Assembly (NCBI GenBank): GCA_963674695.2 | Contig: CAXXGI010000002.1 | Coordinates: forward strand, 96,001 to 160,000 | Source: a bacterium | Lineage (GTDB): Bacteria > UBA10199 > 2-02-FULL-44-16 > JAAZCA01 | Reading direction: 5' to 3' | DNA: 64,000 nt | Program-made: the position numbers and the translations under genes | Part shown: piece by piece, positions 21,166-30,689 of the stretch | How the letters are laid out: every line of letters begins with the position of its first letter | Position numbering within the stretch: the first letter of the stretch is position 1 | The notes under the pieces: generated by a model | Database searches by the model: none | Told to the model about the DNA's origin: nothing | The model's input: the letters and a program-made list of their open reading frames with translations, nothing else

Positions 21166-22054
21166 AACCTTCTCCTTTCCCATTGCCATTACCGTTTTTT
21201 CTCTTTTCCTGTAATCTCCGAACTTTTTCAGCCAGCGCCTCTGTCTTGTTTGCATGATTTCCGTTTTGCGGCTCCGACTCCAGCCCCGGGAATATCTCAT
21301 CTATCTTGGCATCGCCGTCTTTGATCGCGGTTCTCACACCCGTCAATGTCTCCAATTCATTCAGGCCAATTTCGGAGACACTCTTTTTGCCAATTGCCTG
21401 CAGTATCCGCTGTTCCGATATCCCCATCTTGGCAAAATACTCTATTGCCCTGTAGCGACGCTCAGCGAGCGTTGACGAATCGCCGACCGCTTTCTGCTTT
21501 GCCGCAAGATAGATGGAATCGATCAGCGATTTTGGAACGACCTTAAAGATGACATTTCTAAGGGCAATTGCGCAGGCAGCGTTCGACGCTAACGTGATGA
21601 GGTCTTCATTATATTTCTTGCCGTTACTGTAGGTGATACGCCTCTTGACCTCGAGTGTCATGGCGACGTTTCGTTCGAGATCGTGAGCCATCCCTTGTGC
21701 CACGACACAGCCTTCTTCTTCGCGTACGATGCGGGCGGCATATCTCAAATTTCGCCAGCATGAGCCGGCGATCTCTGCAAGACGTACACCCGGACCTTCG
21801 ATATAGGTCTGAATCCACTCGCCGGTGACCTCATCCTTCTTCTTGCGCGGGAGTTTGTAAAAGCACGATGCCGCTGTATCTTCGTCTGCGATTGCAATGG
21901 CCAAGGCTTCTTTTCTAAATTGCTCGATGTCTCTTGGATACCTGTGAGCGGTTGCGATCTGTATATCGATCTCTTCGTGAAGTCCCATGGTGTTATTCAC
22001 CGGAACGATTCTTGCTTCCTGTACCTGCATCTCCTGTGCGTTTGATCCGTTCAT
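21137..22054 (-). CDS. Putative single-strand annealing/recombination partner of YqaJ exonuclease
   Basis: IATAHRYPRD..GPGVRLAE motif; translationally coupled to the YqaJ gene. Function inferred from position. Confidence 0.55.
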   Translation of the reverse strand: MNGSNAQEMQVQEARIVPVNNTMGLHEEIDIQIATAHRYPRDIEQFRKEALAIAIADEDTAASCFYKLPRKKKDEVTGEWIQTYIEGPGVRLAEIAGSCWRNLRYAARIVREEEGCVVAQGMAHDLERNVAMTLEVKRRITYSNGKKYNEDLITLASNAACAIALRNVIFKVVPKSLIDSIYLAAKQKAVGDSSTLAERRYRAIEYFAKMGISEQRILQAIGKKSVSEIGLNELETLTGVRTAIKDGDAKIDEIFPGLESEPQNGNHANKTEALAEKVRRLQEKRKNGNGNGKGEGYGTGDQADS

Positions 22055-22923
22055 ATTCTCACCTCCTGTGCCTTCTTGAATCTGGCCACTCGGTATGTTG
22101 ATGCGGCGACCAGATATTCCTTTCGGGCCTGCTCAAAATAGGTGACCCTCCCAAGGTCACAGTCTGCGGCCTCGGCATCACTTAACAGCGTGAGTAAAAT
22201 CTGCTCGGCCTCTTTTTTGTCCTTGTCGGCAAGTCTCAAGACCTCTTTTGCATCGAGCCATTTTTTGACGACATCCGATTCGACCGAAACGACCTTGTTT
22301 GGTACGCGGCGGATCCTCTTTAGGAGAGAGATGGCGGGGAGATTATCTTCGGGTGGAATTTCCTTTTTCACATTATCGTGCCAGAACGTTAGCTCGATAT
22401 CCTCAAGGTCTTTGATGAATGTGTCATTTCGTTCTATCTTATAAAGTCTGAAACCGACACCACCGAGCAAAACCGGAACCCAGATCAGTTTCATCCCAGG
22501 AACCACAGCCATCTGATGCTGGCATTGAACGATGACCCGCTCGGGCACTTCATCGCTGTGAGGCTCTCCCCATTCTGTCGGTTCATAGGGGCCGGTGATT
22601 CCGGTTGTCTTCGCCTCGACACCTTCCGGAGAACCGACAACCTCGGCATCAAGGTTTGCCGCCATGATTCCGTTTGTGTGAACGCGGTTGCGATTCCTTC
22701 TAATCTTCTGACCCGTCTCCTTCATGAACCAGTTGAGGACTGCATCCTCGCAAAGATTTCCAACCTCCATTGCGTCTGACGTCTTCTCCTCATCCAGCTC
22801 TTTTACCTTGGAAAAGTAGACGTCCGCGATATTGCGGAAGTGATCGACCCCGACAATCGCGGGGGCATCACTCGATCCAAGGTAGTTCCTTCTCCTCTGT
22901 CTTTGTGTTTCTGTTATTGGCAT
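22051..22923 (-). CDS. YqaJ/lambda-exonuclease family protein
   Basis: RRNYLGSSDAPAIVG, ANLDA..EAKT, QCQHQMAV motifs. Confidence 0.9.
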   Translation of the reverse strand: MPITETQRQRRRNYLGSSDAPAIVGVDHFRNIADVYFSKVKELDEEKTSDAMEVGNLCEDAVLNWFMKETGQKIRRNRNRVHTNGIMAANLDAEVVGSPEGVEAKTTGITGPYEPTEWGEPHSDEVPERVIVQCQHQMAVVPGMKLIWVPVLLGGVGFRLYKIERNDTFIKDLEDIELTFWHDNVKKEIPPEDNLPAISLLKRIRRVPNKVVSVESDVVKKWLDAKEVLRLADKDKKEAEQILLTLLSDAEAADCDLGRVTYFEQARKEYLVAASTYRVARFKKAQEVRI

Positions 22924-23082
22924 TGCCTGCCTCCTTTCTCCGTCTTTAAGAGTTCTGTTGACGGATGTGCCAACATGTTGTAACTAAATTTTACACAACC
23001 AAAGTCCTTGTAATTGCTTCTGATTCTTCTGTTTTGGTTTTGTGCACCATTGTTACAACATGTAGCAATACTGGAGGCCGAT

Positions 23083-23307
23083 ATGTCAAGTCCTAAGAGA
23101 AATAAGATCCACCACGGATTCCGCCTAGATGCCCAACATCTTAAAATTATTAAGGAATTACCGATAAAAGACCCCTTGACCTTCCGCACCCAGGCCGAAA
23201 TAGTCGATGCCGCACTCGACCATTTTCTCGAACTTACCAAGGAAGAACAGAGAGAAATCATGACCAAATACCTCCTTAAACAGCGTCAGGGAGAACCCAA
23301 TCCGTAA
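23083..23307 (+). CDS. Small putative ribbon-helix-helix DNA-binding protein
   Basis: GGAGG RBS; HGFRLD strand followed by helices (TQAEIVDAALDHFL). Confidence 0.5.
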   Translation: MSSPKRNKIHHGFRLDAQHLKIIKELPIKDPLTFRTQAEIVDAALDHFLELTKEEQREIMTKYLLKQRQGEPNP

Positions 23308-23400
23308 ACCCTAAATCCTCGCAGTGCCCACAAGATCAGGTGCCCCAAAAAATAAAGCGCCGACAAAACAATAAATACGGCCATAGCGGCCTCTATATAT

Positions 23401-23637
23401 TTATGCCTCATCTTTATCCTTCAGAAACGCCATAAGTTCCTCGGGAGGCGTGTTTGTTGCCTTAGCAATTTTGATGAGATGTTTGATGGGCATTTCCCCG
23501 GTAGATTGATCCCGTTCCCATCGCGAAACTGTCGACATGTGAACACCGACCATTGTGGCCAATCTTGTCTGCGAGAGACCCGATCTACGTCTAACAGTCC
23601 TAATTGCCTCCCCAATTGTTAGATGTTTAGTAATCAC
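23401..23637 (-). CDS. Cro-like XRE HTH regulator
   Basis: IRTVRRRSGLSQTRLATMVGVHMSTVSRWE; divergent from the 23758 repressor. Confidence 0.85.
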   Translation of the reverse strand: MITKHLTIGEAIRTVRRRSGLSQTRLATMVGVHMSTVSRWERDQSTGEMPIKHLIKIAKATNTPPEELMAFLKDKDEA

Positions 23638-23669
23638 AATCCTATATTAAATATTAAATCACGACTGTC

Positions 23670-23707
23670 AATCCTAAATTTTTAAATTGCATAAGAAATT
23701 TAGGGTT
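23670..23707. promoter_or_regulatory. Candidate operator (inverted repeat) in cro/cI intergenic region
   Basis: AATCCTAAATTT-N14-AAATTTAGGGTT (11/12 complementary); similar half-sites near 23307 and 23638. Confidence 0.5.
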
Positions 23708-23757
23708 GTAGATACTATTTCTTTGCATTCATGACGTATTTTTGCTATGGATGACGA

Positions 23758-24174
23758 ATGTTGAAGATAACGAAAGAGGACCTGCTTAAGCGAATTCGAA
23801 TGCTCAGAAAAAAGGCCGGTATCAGCCAAAAGATCATAGCCGACCGGTTAGGGCTCGACCAGACGACATATTCGGCCATGGAACGGGGCCGCCAGAAGAT
23901 ATTTGTTGAATATTTAATTACCATAGCAGATGTCATTGGGGTGGAGGTATGGGAACTCTTTGCGGATCCGCAGAAGGCTGGCCTCCTAGATGATGAAGCT
24001 AAACGTTTTTTTGAAATGTGGTCCCGTTTCAACAATAATGAAAAGCATGTTTTGATGGAGATGGCGGACCAGATCATTCAAAAGAAAGATCTGGAACTCC
24101 ATGATCCTGATGTGGACTGCAATGAAGATTGCGATGATAAAAGGGGCGACGAGAAAAAGGTGCAGACAGGCTGA
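23758..24174 (+). CDS. CI-like XRE HTH repressor
   Basis: RIRMLRKKAGISQKIIADRLGLDQTTYSAMERG; no S24 peptidase domain evident. Confidence 0.85.
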   Translation: MLKITKEDLLKRIRMLRKKAGISQKIIADRLGLDQTTYSAMERGRQKIFVEYLITIADVIGVEVWELFADPQKAGLLDDEAKRFFEMWSRFNNNEKHVLMEMADQIIQKKDLELHDPDVDCNEDCDDKRGDEKKVQTG

Positions 24175-24318
24175 TGAGCGGAGAATATTTCGTGGAGGTA
24201 AAAATTATCATGAGAAAAGGAAGGAAGATAAAGATTATACGAAAGGATAATATTTTCAGGCTGGTGTGGCTTACGTAAACAGATCGGCTGCACAATAAAC
24301 GATGAGGTTGCGTTTTTT

Positions 24319-27300
24319 ATGAAGAACATGGATATGACAAATGAAGTGCGAGTACTTGGAATCCCCGTTATTAGGGAGGCTCATTGGGGGACCCATTTCT
24401 GCCAATTCTATAAAACGAAAAAAGATTTGATCGATATTCTTGTGCCGTATTTCAAGGCGGGTTTGGAAAACAATGAGTATTGTATGTGGATTACATCCGA
24501 CCCCCTATCCTCAAAAGATGCCCACGATGCCTTATTAAAAGAGGTGAAGGATTTACCTCAACTCATAAAAAGGGAACAGATAGAGATCCTTGACTATAGC
24601 GAATGGTATACCAAGTCCGGGAAATTTGAGGGCGATAGAGTTTTGCGCGCATGGATCAAAAAGGAAAAAGAAGCGATCAAAAAAGGATATGATGGTCTCC
24701 GCCTTACGGGGAACACATTATGGCTGGAAAAGTGCGACTGGAAGAAGTTTGCGGTTTACGAGAAAAAAGTGGACAAGTCTTTAGAAACCCATCGGATAAT
24801 AGCGTTGTGTGCATATTCTTTGACCAAGTGCAACCCCTCTGAAATATTGGATGTGGTAGGGAGCCATCAATTCGCCCTCGTTAAAAAAGGGAGAAAGTGG
24901 AGAATTGTCGAAAGTTCTGGAGGAAAGCAGATACGAAGTGCATTAGATGAATTGGAAGAGAAATATAGAATCATCGTAGAAAATGCGCAGGAGGGTATCG
25001 GATTTGTCGATCCCCATGAAAAGATAGTGTTCTTAAACCAAAGTTTTGCCGATATTCTTGGTTACAAACGGGAAGATTTAATAGGAAAGAATTTAAAAGA
25101 TCTCACTAGCAAGGAGGAATTTGATAAATACCTTGGAGAAACAAGGCAGAGAAAAAGCGGGGCAAAGAATCGCTACGAAACTTTTTTATACAACAGTAAG
25201 GGCCAGCCTAGATATTTGAGTGTCTCAGCCGCGCCTCAAAAGAAAAAGACCGGATCGTTTCAGGGAACCATTGGCGTTGTGATGGACATTACCGAACAGA
25301 AGATGGCGGAAGAGGCGTTGCGGGAACGTGTCAAGGAACTGAGTTGTTTGTATGGTATTACGGATATTGTTGAGAAAGAGGGTATAACTCTGGAGGAGAT
25401 ACTTCAAGGCACTGTCGAATTGATTCCACCGGCCTTTCGGTATCCGAAAAACACTTGCGCCAGGATTGATTTTGAAGGTCAAGTGTTTAAGACAAAAAAC
25501 TGTCGTAGAACCAAAAGGGGTATATCTGCTGGCATAAAGTTGTTCGGTGCACAGTCGGGTCTCATAGAGGTTTTTCAATTAAAGAAGATGACTTTTGCAG
25601 ACGAAGGGCTTTTTTTGAAGGAAGAGAATGACCTTATTAAGGCGGTTGCCGAACGATTGGGAAAAACTATTGAACGCATACGAGTGGAGATGGCGCTTAG
25701 GGAATCCGAACAGAAATTTAGGAGGGTTTTTGATAATGCTACAGACGGAATGATTTTGGTAGAGATTGAAACCAGGAGATTCATTATCGCCAATAAGAAG
25801 TTTTGTCGAATGATGGGTTATACCATAGAGGAGATTAAGGAGAGAAGTGTCGATGATATCCATCCCGATAAATCCCTACCATATATTATAAAACAATTTA
25901 ATAAACAAGCGATGGGGGAATTTTCACTTGCTGAAAATCTTCCCGTGAAGAGGAAAGACAATAGCGTGTTTTTTGCGGATATCAACGCTGGTCCGGTAAT
26001 GTTATCTGCAAAAAAGTACATGTTGGGGATTTTTAGAGACATTACCGAACGCAAGAAGGCAGAGGAAGAAAGAAGCGAATTAAATGAGAGACTCCTAAAA
26101 ACTGTAAATTTACTTCAGGAAAAAGAACAGAAATTACAAAATACCGTTGTTGAACTGCAAGAAAGCAATGAATACACAGAAAACATCATTTCATCCATGG
26201 TTGACGCCTTGATTGTTTTAGACACTGGGGGAAAAATACAGTCCGTTAATAAGTCGATATGTGACTTGTTGAATTGCAAAGAAAATGAATTAATAGGCCA
26301 ATCGTTTGGTATGCTTATTGCGGAAGAAGAAGAAGAAGAAGAAGAAGAAGAAGAAGAGTCCATAGTTGATAAGCGCTTTAGAAAACTCCTCCGCAAAGGT
26401 CCTGTGATCGATTACAATACGTCTTTTTCTACTAAGACATCTAAAAAAATACCGGTAAGTATTTACGGCTCTGTAATACGCGATGAAAAAGGAAAGCTCA
26501 CAGGAGTGGTCCTAACCGCCCGGGATATGCGGGAAAGAATTGCAGCAGAAAATAAAATCAAGGAATCGGAAGAGAGATACCGCGGTGTGGTGGAGAATTT
26601 GACCGATGCAATCTTTCTTTTGGATGAGCAGGGAAAATTTGTACATATGAACCGACCCGGCGTAAAATTATACGGGTGGAAGAAGTTAAGCAATATCATA
26701 GAAAGAAATTTTGTTGAGGATGCTCACAGAAAATATTTCGGGGTGCTCGCCAAGGCTGTCGAGACTGCGTGGAGTGGAAAAATGGCGGAATGTCATTATG
26801 AATCGACCACGAGTGGAGGCCTTCATAAGTGGTGGGAAGTAACACTCGTTCCGTTGAGGAATACCTCTGGAAAAATATTGAACATTGTCGGAATATCAAG
26901 AGACGTAACGCTTAAGAAACAGTCGGAACAACTCATCAAATTTTACAAAGAATATGCGGAGCACATTGTCGCCAATCTTCCAATCTCCATTCTCATTCTA
27001 AATCGTAAAATTGAGATAAATTTTGCGAATCAACATTTCATCAAAAGATTGGGGAAAAGTAGAGAAGAAGTTATGGACAAGCCTTTGGAAGAAGTATTGG
27101 GCAGAGCTTACAAAGGCATTGGATTTGATGAAAAGATAAGGGCCGTGATTAGAGGTGACGATACATTGCCGCGAGGTCGATTCGAACTCCGTGGAAAGCA
27201 TTACGATTATCAGATTCTTAGGTTCAAAGAACGAATAGGCCGCCGGTACAATGCCATGCTCATCATGGAGGATATAACGGAGAGGATTCATCTCGAGGAA

Positions 27301-28032
27301 CAGATAAGGGACGCTGAAAAGATGTCTGCTATCGGCCAATTTACTGCGGGTATAGCGCATGAAATAAATAATCCCCTTGGCATAGTCTTGGCGAATATTC
27401 AGTATCTGACATCCAATATGGATAAAATTGATTTTACCGATAAAAAACAGGTAAACGATCTTAGTGAAGTATTGGGGACAATTGGAGAGCAATCCCGCCG
27501 TTGCGGCGAGATCGTTTCGAACCTGCTTCACTTTACCCATAGAGGGAGGGGCGAAGAAGAAAATGTAAGCATCGACAAAGTGGTGCGTAGAACGATGCAG
27601 ATGATGGAGCATCAGCTGCGTCTCTCAAAAATCGAATATACAGTTGATCTGGACGGAAATTTGCCTGTGATAAGAGGTGATATCAATCGTCTTCAACAGG
27701 TATTTGTAAATCTCATCCTGAATGCGCAACATGCCATGATGAGCGGAGGCAAACTACATATCAAAACATTGGTTGAGGATAATAACTGGATATGCGTTTC
27801 ATTTAAAGATACAGGTCCCGGCATTCCCAGAAAACATCAGAAAAGAATATTCGAGCCATTCTATACTACTCGCAAGGCAGGTGAAGGAACGGGACTAGGT
27901 TTATCTGTTGTTCACTCAATTATACAGGAACACGGGGGAACAATAAGTGTAGATAGCAAAAGAGGGGCAGGTGCTACTTTTAAAGTTAGATTGCCGGTTG
28001 CCAAAAAGGGCTTGTTTGGGTTGTGGAAATAG
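24319..28032 (+). CDS. MEDS + multi-PAS sensor histidine kinase
   Basis: WGTHFCQFY (MEDS), several PAS/PAC (..DITERK), AHEINNPL H-box, N/G1/F/G2 boxes. Confidence 0.92.
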   Translation: MKNMDMTNEVRVLGIPVIREAHWGTHFCQFYKTKKDLIDILVPYFKAGLENNEYCMWITSDPLSSKDAHDALLKEVKDLPQLIKREQIEILDYSEWYTKSGKFEGDRVLRAWIKKEKEAIKKGYDGLRLTGNTLWLEKCDWKKFAVYEKKVDKSLETHRIIALCAYSLTKCNPSEILDVVGSHQFALVKKGRKWRIVESSGGKQIRSALDELEEKYRIIVENAQEGIGFVDPHEKIVFLNQSFADILGYKREDLIGKNLKDLTSKEEFDKYLGETRQRKSGAKNRYETFLYNSKGQPRYLSVSAAPQKKKTGSFQGTIGVVMDITEQKMAEEALRERVKELSCLYGITDIVEKEGITLEEILQGTVELIPPAFRYPKNTCARIDFEGQVFKTKNCRRTKRGISAGIKLFGAQSGLIEVFQLKKMTFADEGLFLKEENDLIKAVAERLGKTIERIRVEMALRESEQKFRRVFDNATDGMILVEIETRRFIIANKKFCRMMGYTIEEIKERSVDDIHPDKSLPYIIKQFNKQAMGEFSLAENLPVKRKDNSVFFADINAGPVMLSAKKYMLGIFRDITERKKAEEERSELNERLLKTVNLLQEKEQKLQNTVVELQESNEYTENIISSMVDALIVLDTGGKIQSVNKSICDLLNCKENELIGQSFGMLIAEEEEEEEEEEEESIVDKRFRKLLRKGPVIDYNTSFSTKTSKKIPVSIYGSVIRDEKGKLTGVVLTARDMRERIAAENKIKESEERYRGVVENLTDAIFLLDEQGKFVHMNRPGVKLYGWKKLSNIIERNFVEDAHRKYFGVLAKAVETAWSGKMAECHYESTTSGGLHKWWEVTLVPLRNTSGKILNIVGISRDVTLKKQSEQLIKFYKEYAEHIVANLPISILILNRKIEINFANQHFIKRLGKSREEVMDKPLEEVLGRAYKGIGFDEKIRAVIRGDDTLPRGRFELRGKHYDYQILRFKERIGRRYNAMLIMEDITERIHLEEQIRDAEKMSAIGQFTAGIAHEINNPLGIVLANIQYLTSNMDKIDFTDKKQVNDLSEVLGTIGEQSRRCGEIVSNLLHFTHRGRGEEENVSIDKVVRRTMQMMEHQLRLSKIEYTVDLDGNLPVIRGDINRLQQVFVNLILNAQHAMMSGGKLHIKTLVEDNNWICVSFKDTGPGIPRKHQKRIFEPFYTTRKAGEGTGLGLSVVHSIIQEHGGTISVDSKRGAGATFKVRLPVAKKGLFGLWK
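26323..26358 (+). repeat. (GAA)11-GAG trinucleotide tract encoding 12 Glu
   Basis: Perfect GAA run within the kinase. Confidence 0.95.
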
Positions 28033-28067
28033 CGTATCTCGTGAAGCGTGAAACGTATTTCGTGAGG
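28033..28067 (+). repeat. Heptamer array, left arm (CGTATCT CGTGAAG CGTGAAA CGTATTT CGTGAGG)
   Basis: 7-bp periodic CGT-N4 units immediately after the kinase stop codon. Confidence 0.9.
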
Positions 28068-28075
28068 GATATTCA

Positions 28076-28435
28076 ATGGGTAATAAAATTAAAAATTTTA
28101 GAGATTTGGACGTTTGGAAATTAGGAAAAGAAATAGCTTTAGAAATTTACAAAATTACTGAAGCTTTTCCAAAGAATGAGTTGTATGGCTTGATTTCGCA
28201 AATGCGTCGGTCAGCAATATCGATTCCATCCAACGTGTCAGAGGGATTTAATAGATTTCACAACAAGGAGTACAGGCAATTTCTTTATATTGCATTGGGT
28301 TCATGTGCTGAATTAGAAACACAAATTGAAGTTTCATTTGAGTTGAAATTTTTGAATGAGACTTCGAAAGGTGAATTGTTGGAGAACTTAGATCACGAAT
28401 CGAGGATGTTAAGAAATTTGATAAAAAAACTATAA
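28076..28435 (+). CDS. Four helix bundle protein (23S rRNA IVS protein / TIGR02436 family, Avd-like fold)
   Basis: FRDLDVWK..FPKNELYGLISQMRRSAISIPSNVSEG..FLYIALGSCAELETQ. Confidence 0.93.
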   Translation: MGNKIKNFRDLDVWKLGKEIALEIYKITEAFPKNELYGLISQMRRSAISIPSNVSEGFNRFHNKEYRQFLYIALGSCAELETQIEVSFELKFLNETSKGELLENLDHESRMLRNLIKKL

Positions 28436-28436
28436 A

Positions 28437-28471
28437 ACATACGAAATACAAGATACGCTTCACGAGATACG
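28437..28471 (-). repeat. Heptamer array, right arm (ACATACG AAATACA AGATACG CTTCACG AGATACG)
   Basis: Reverse complement of the left arm; outer 17 bp (CGTATCTCGTGAAGCGT) form a perfect inverted repeat. Confidence 0.9.
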
Positions 28472-28487
28472 AAAAAAGGGGGGTAAA

Positions 28488-28883
28488 ATGGTTGAAGACT
28501 TTAGAAAATTAAACAAGGTGCTGGTTGTCGATGACGAAGAAGAGATGTGCAACGTGCTCCGCAAGATTTTGGAGCAGGACGGTTATGAGGTTTCCACTGC
28601 CACCAGCGGTTCGCGTGCACTTGCTACCATGAAACAAAAACCCGCAGACCTTATTTTGCTGGATATAAAAATGCCGGGCATGGATGGGATTGAGATGTTG
28701 CGCAAGCTGCGTGATTTCAATCAGGATGCTGTGGTTATTATTCTTACAGCCTATGGCACATTGGGAACGGCGAGAGAGGCCATGCAACTGGGTGCATATG
28801 ATTACATAACCAAACCATTCGACGCCAACTTCGTAAAGAACATGGTGAAGGAAGGTCTTGAAGAGAGGTCGTCAGGTTTATGA
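28488..28883 (+). CDS. Single-domain response regulator
   Basis: VLVVDD, LLDIKMPGMDG, TAYG, KPFD. Confidence 0.92.
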   Translation: MVEDFRKLNKVLVVDDEEEMCNVLRKILEQDGYEVSTATSGSRALATMKQKPADLILLDIKMPGMDGIEMLRKLRDFNQDAVVIILTAYGTLGTAREAMQLGAYDYITKPFDANFVKNMVKEGLEERSSGL

Positions 28884-29506
28884 AGAATAGTCGAAGTTTA
28901 ATATATGTGCCGGTCATTCATACCCAGGCTGACATGGGGAGTATGAGCGGTGCCTTAAAGCAAGAGTACATCAAGAAGTTTGGTGAACAGAAATGGAATC
29001 AACACGTCCGTGAAATAGATCAGATGTGGGATGGTTTAAGGACAAAAATCGACAAACTGAGACTGGACTGGTCAAAGGTGAGGATCTATCAGGATGGCCT
29101 TCCGGTGTGCGGCAAGGAAAAAGAGATCGTGGCCGATCTTGCTTCCAAGGGGAGTAAGAATCACGAGGTTGTTCAATGGCTGGTAGATAACGGTGCAAAT
29201 CTGGAAGGAACCGAAGACGCATCGCTTCTGCTCGAAGAGTATAACCATATAAAAAAGATCGCTAATGCAAAAAACAATAAAGAGAAGGATGAATCTATAA
29301 AGGAATATGAAAAGATCGCGCAGGATTTACTCTCCAAGAGAGATAATTTTATAAAAGAAAGGATCGATCACACGCTTAAGGCAGGAGAAACCGGGATATT
29401 GTTTATGGGACTCCTGCACAGGGTGGATGAAGGATTAAATGCGGGTATAAAGGTCAGCTTCCTGATCCATCGTCTGCCGTTCAAACGTCAGGCAGCGGTG
29501 GCGTAA
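28880..29506 (+). CDS. Conserved hypothetical protein
   Basis: LIYVPVIHTQADMGS, YQDGLPVCG, LFMGLLH; coupled to the response regulator. Confidence 0.75.
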   Translation: MKNSRSLIYVPVIHTQADMGSMSGALKQEYIKKFGEQKWNQHVREIDQMWDGLRTKIDKLRLDWSKVRIYQDGLPVCGKEKEIVADLASKGSKNHEVVQWLVDNGANLEGTEDASLLLEEYNHIKKIANAKNNKEKDESIKEYEKIAQDLLSKRDNFIKERIDHTLKAGETGILFMGLLHRVDEGLNAGIKVSFLIHRLPFKRQAAVA

Positions 29507-29519
29507 GCTGTTACAGTTT

Positions 29520-30689
29520 ATGAATGAAAATGAAACAGAAAATTTGGATAGTAGAGATAATCCAGATCTCGAATACCTGATCCGTCGGGCCAAGAAGAAT
29601 CTTCAGGATATCTTTGATGGCATTACCGATGCCATAGTTATTATAGATAAAAAATGTGAGATCATGAGGGTCAACAGGTCTTTGCTTGAACTGATGGGTA
29701 AAGAATCCTTTAATGATGTCTTGGGCAAAACATGTTTCGATTTATTTTACGGCGTCAATGGACCATGTGAAAAATGCATAGGTCATGATGTATTTGAAAC
29801 CGGAAAGAAACAAACTCTTTTAAGGTCTTTCAATGCAGAGCCTTTAAAGGGGCGGATTTTTCAGGTCACTGTATTTCCCCTCCATTCTGATGAAGGGGAC
29901 GCTTACGCCATCGTGAAGTATATGCGCGATATTACCAGAGAGATAAATAACGAAAAACAGTTGCTGGAACTTGAGAAGGCACGAAATATGAGGTTTCTGG
30001 CTGCCGGTGTAGCACATGAGTTGCGCAATCCTCTGGCAGTCATAAAATCCAGTGCACAATTGTGTCTAAAGGAACTAAACAAGCTTGAGGCTACGCCACT
30101 GCATAGTGATTTGAAAGAAAACATGGATGCCATAATAAATAATGCCGATAACGTCTCTCATACAATTAAGCATCTGATGGATTTTTCAAAACCACTGGAA
30201 GCCACTTATGAGATGGCCGATATAGGATCTATTATAGATGAAGTATGTAATATGGTGAAGGTTCGTTGTCAGCGTAAAGAGATCAGCCTCACGAAGGAGA
30301 TACAGACATCTATACCGGAGATAAGATTGGATAAGAGCTCTCTCATTCAGGCGATACTCAATTTTATAACCAATGCCATAGATGCGATTTCGGTCGGCGG
30401 AGATATTAAGATAGAAGCCCTATTCAGGCCGGATGCAGAATTCATTTATATCTTTATCAAAGATTCGGGCAAGGGAGTGTCCGAACTCGTTTCAGATCAT
30501 GTATTCGAACCGTTTTTTACAACAAAAGAAGATGGCGAGGGTCTGGGAATGACGATAGCCCATCGAATTATCAATGCCCATGGTGGTACCGTGGATTTTG
30601 AAAGCATAGAGGAAAGAGGTTCGGTCGTTACGATAAAACTTCCCGTGAAAGAGACCTTTACGGGTATGGGAGCTTTGAACAATGGATAA
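29520..30689 (+). CDS. PAS sensor histidine kinase
   Basis: PAS with CF..C..C, AHELRNPL, FEPFFTTK, GEGLG. Confidence 0.92.
   Translation: MNENETENLDSRDNPDLEYLIRRAKKNLQDIFDGITDAIVIIDKKCEIMRVNRSLLELMGKESFNDVLGKTCFDLFYGVNGPCEKCIGHDVFETGKKQTLLRSFNAEPLKGRIFQVTVFPLHSDEGDAYAIVKYMRDITREINNEKQLLELEKARNMRFLAAGVAHELRNPLAVIKSSAQLCLKELNKLEATPLHSDLKENMDAIINNADNVSHTIKHLMDFSKPLEATYEMADIGSIIDEVCNMVKVRCQRKEISLTKEIQTSIPEIRLDKSSLIQAILNFITNAIDAISVGGDIKIEALFRPDAEFIYIFIKDSGKGVSELVSDHVFEPFFTTKEDGEGLGMTIAHRIINAHGGTVDFESIEERGSVVTIKLPVKETFTGMGALNNG

Noticed and set aside
28076-28435. Diversity-generating retroelement (Avd-like gene)
   Set aside because: No reverse transcriptase and no TR/VR pair with adenine-specific mismatches was seen in the window.
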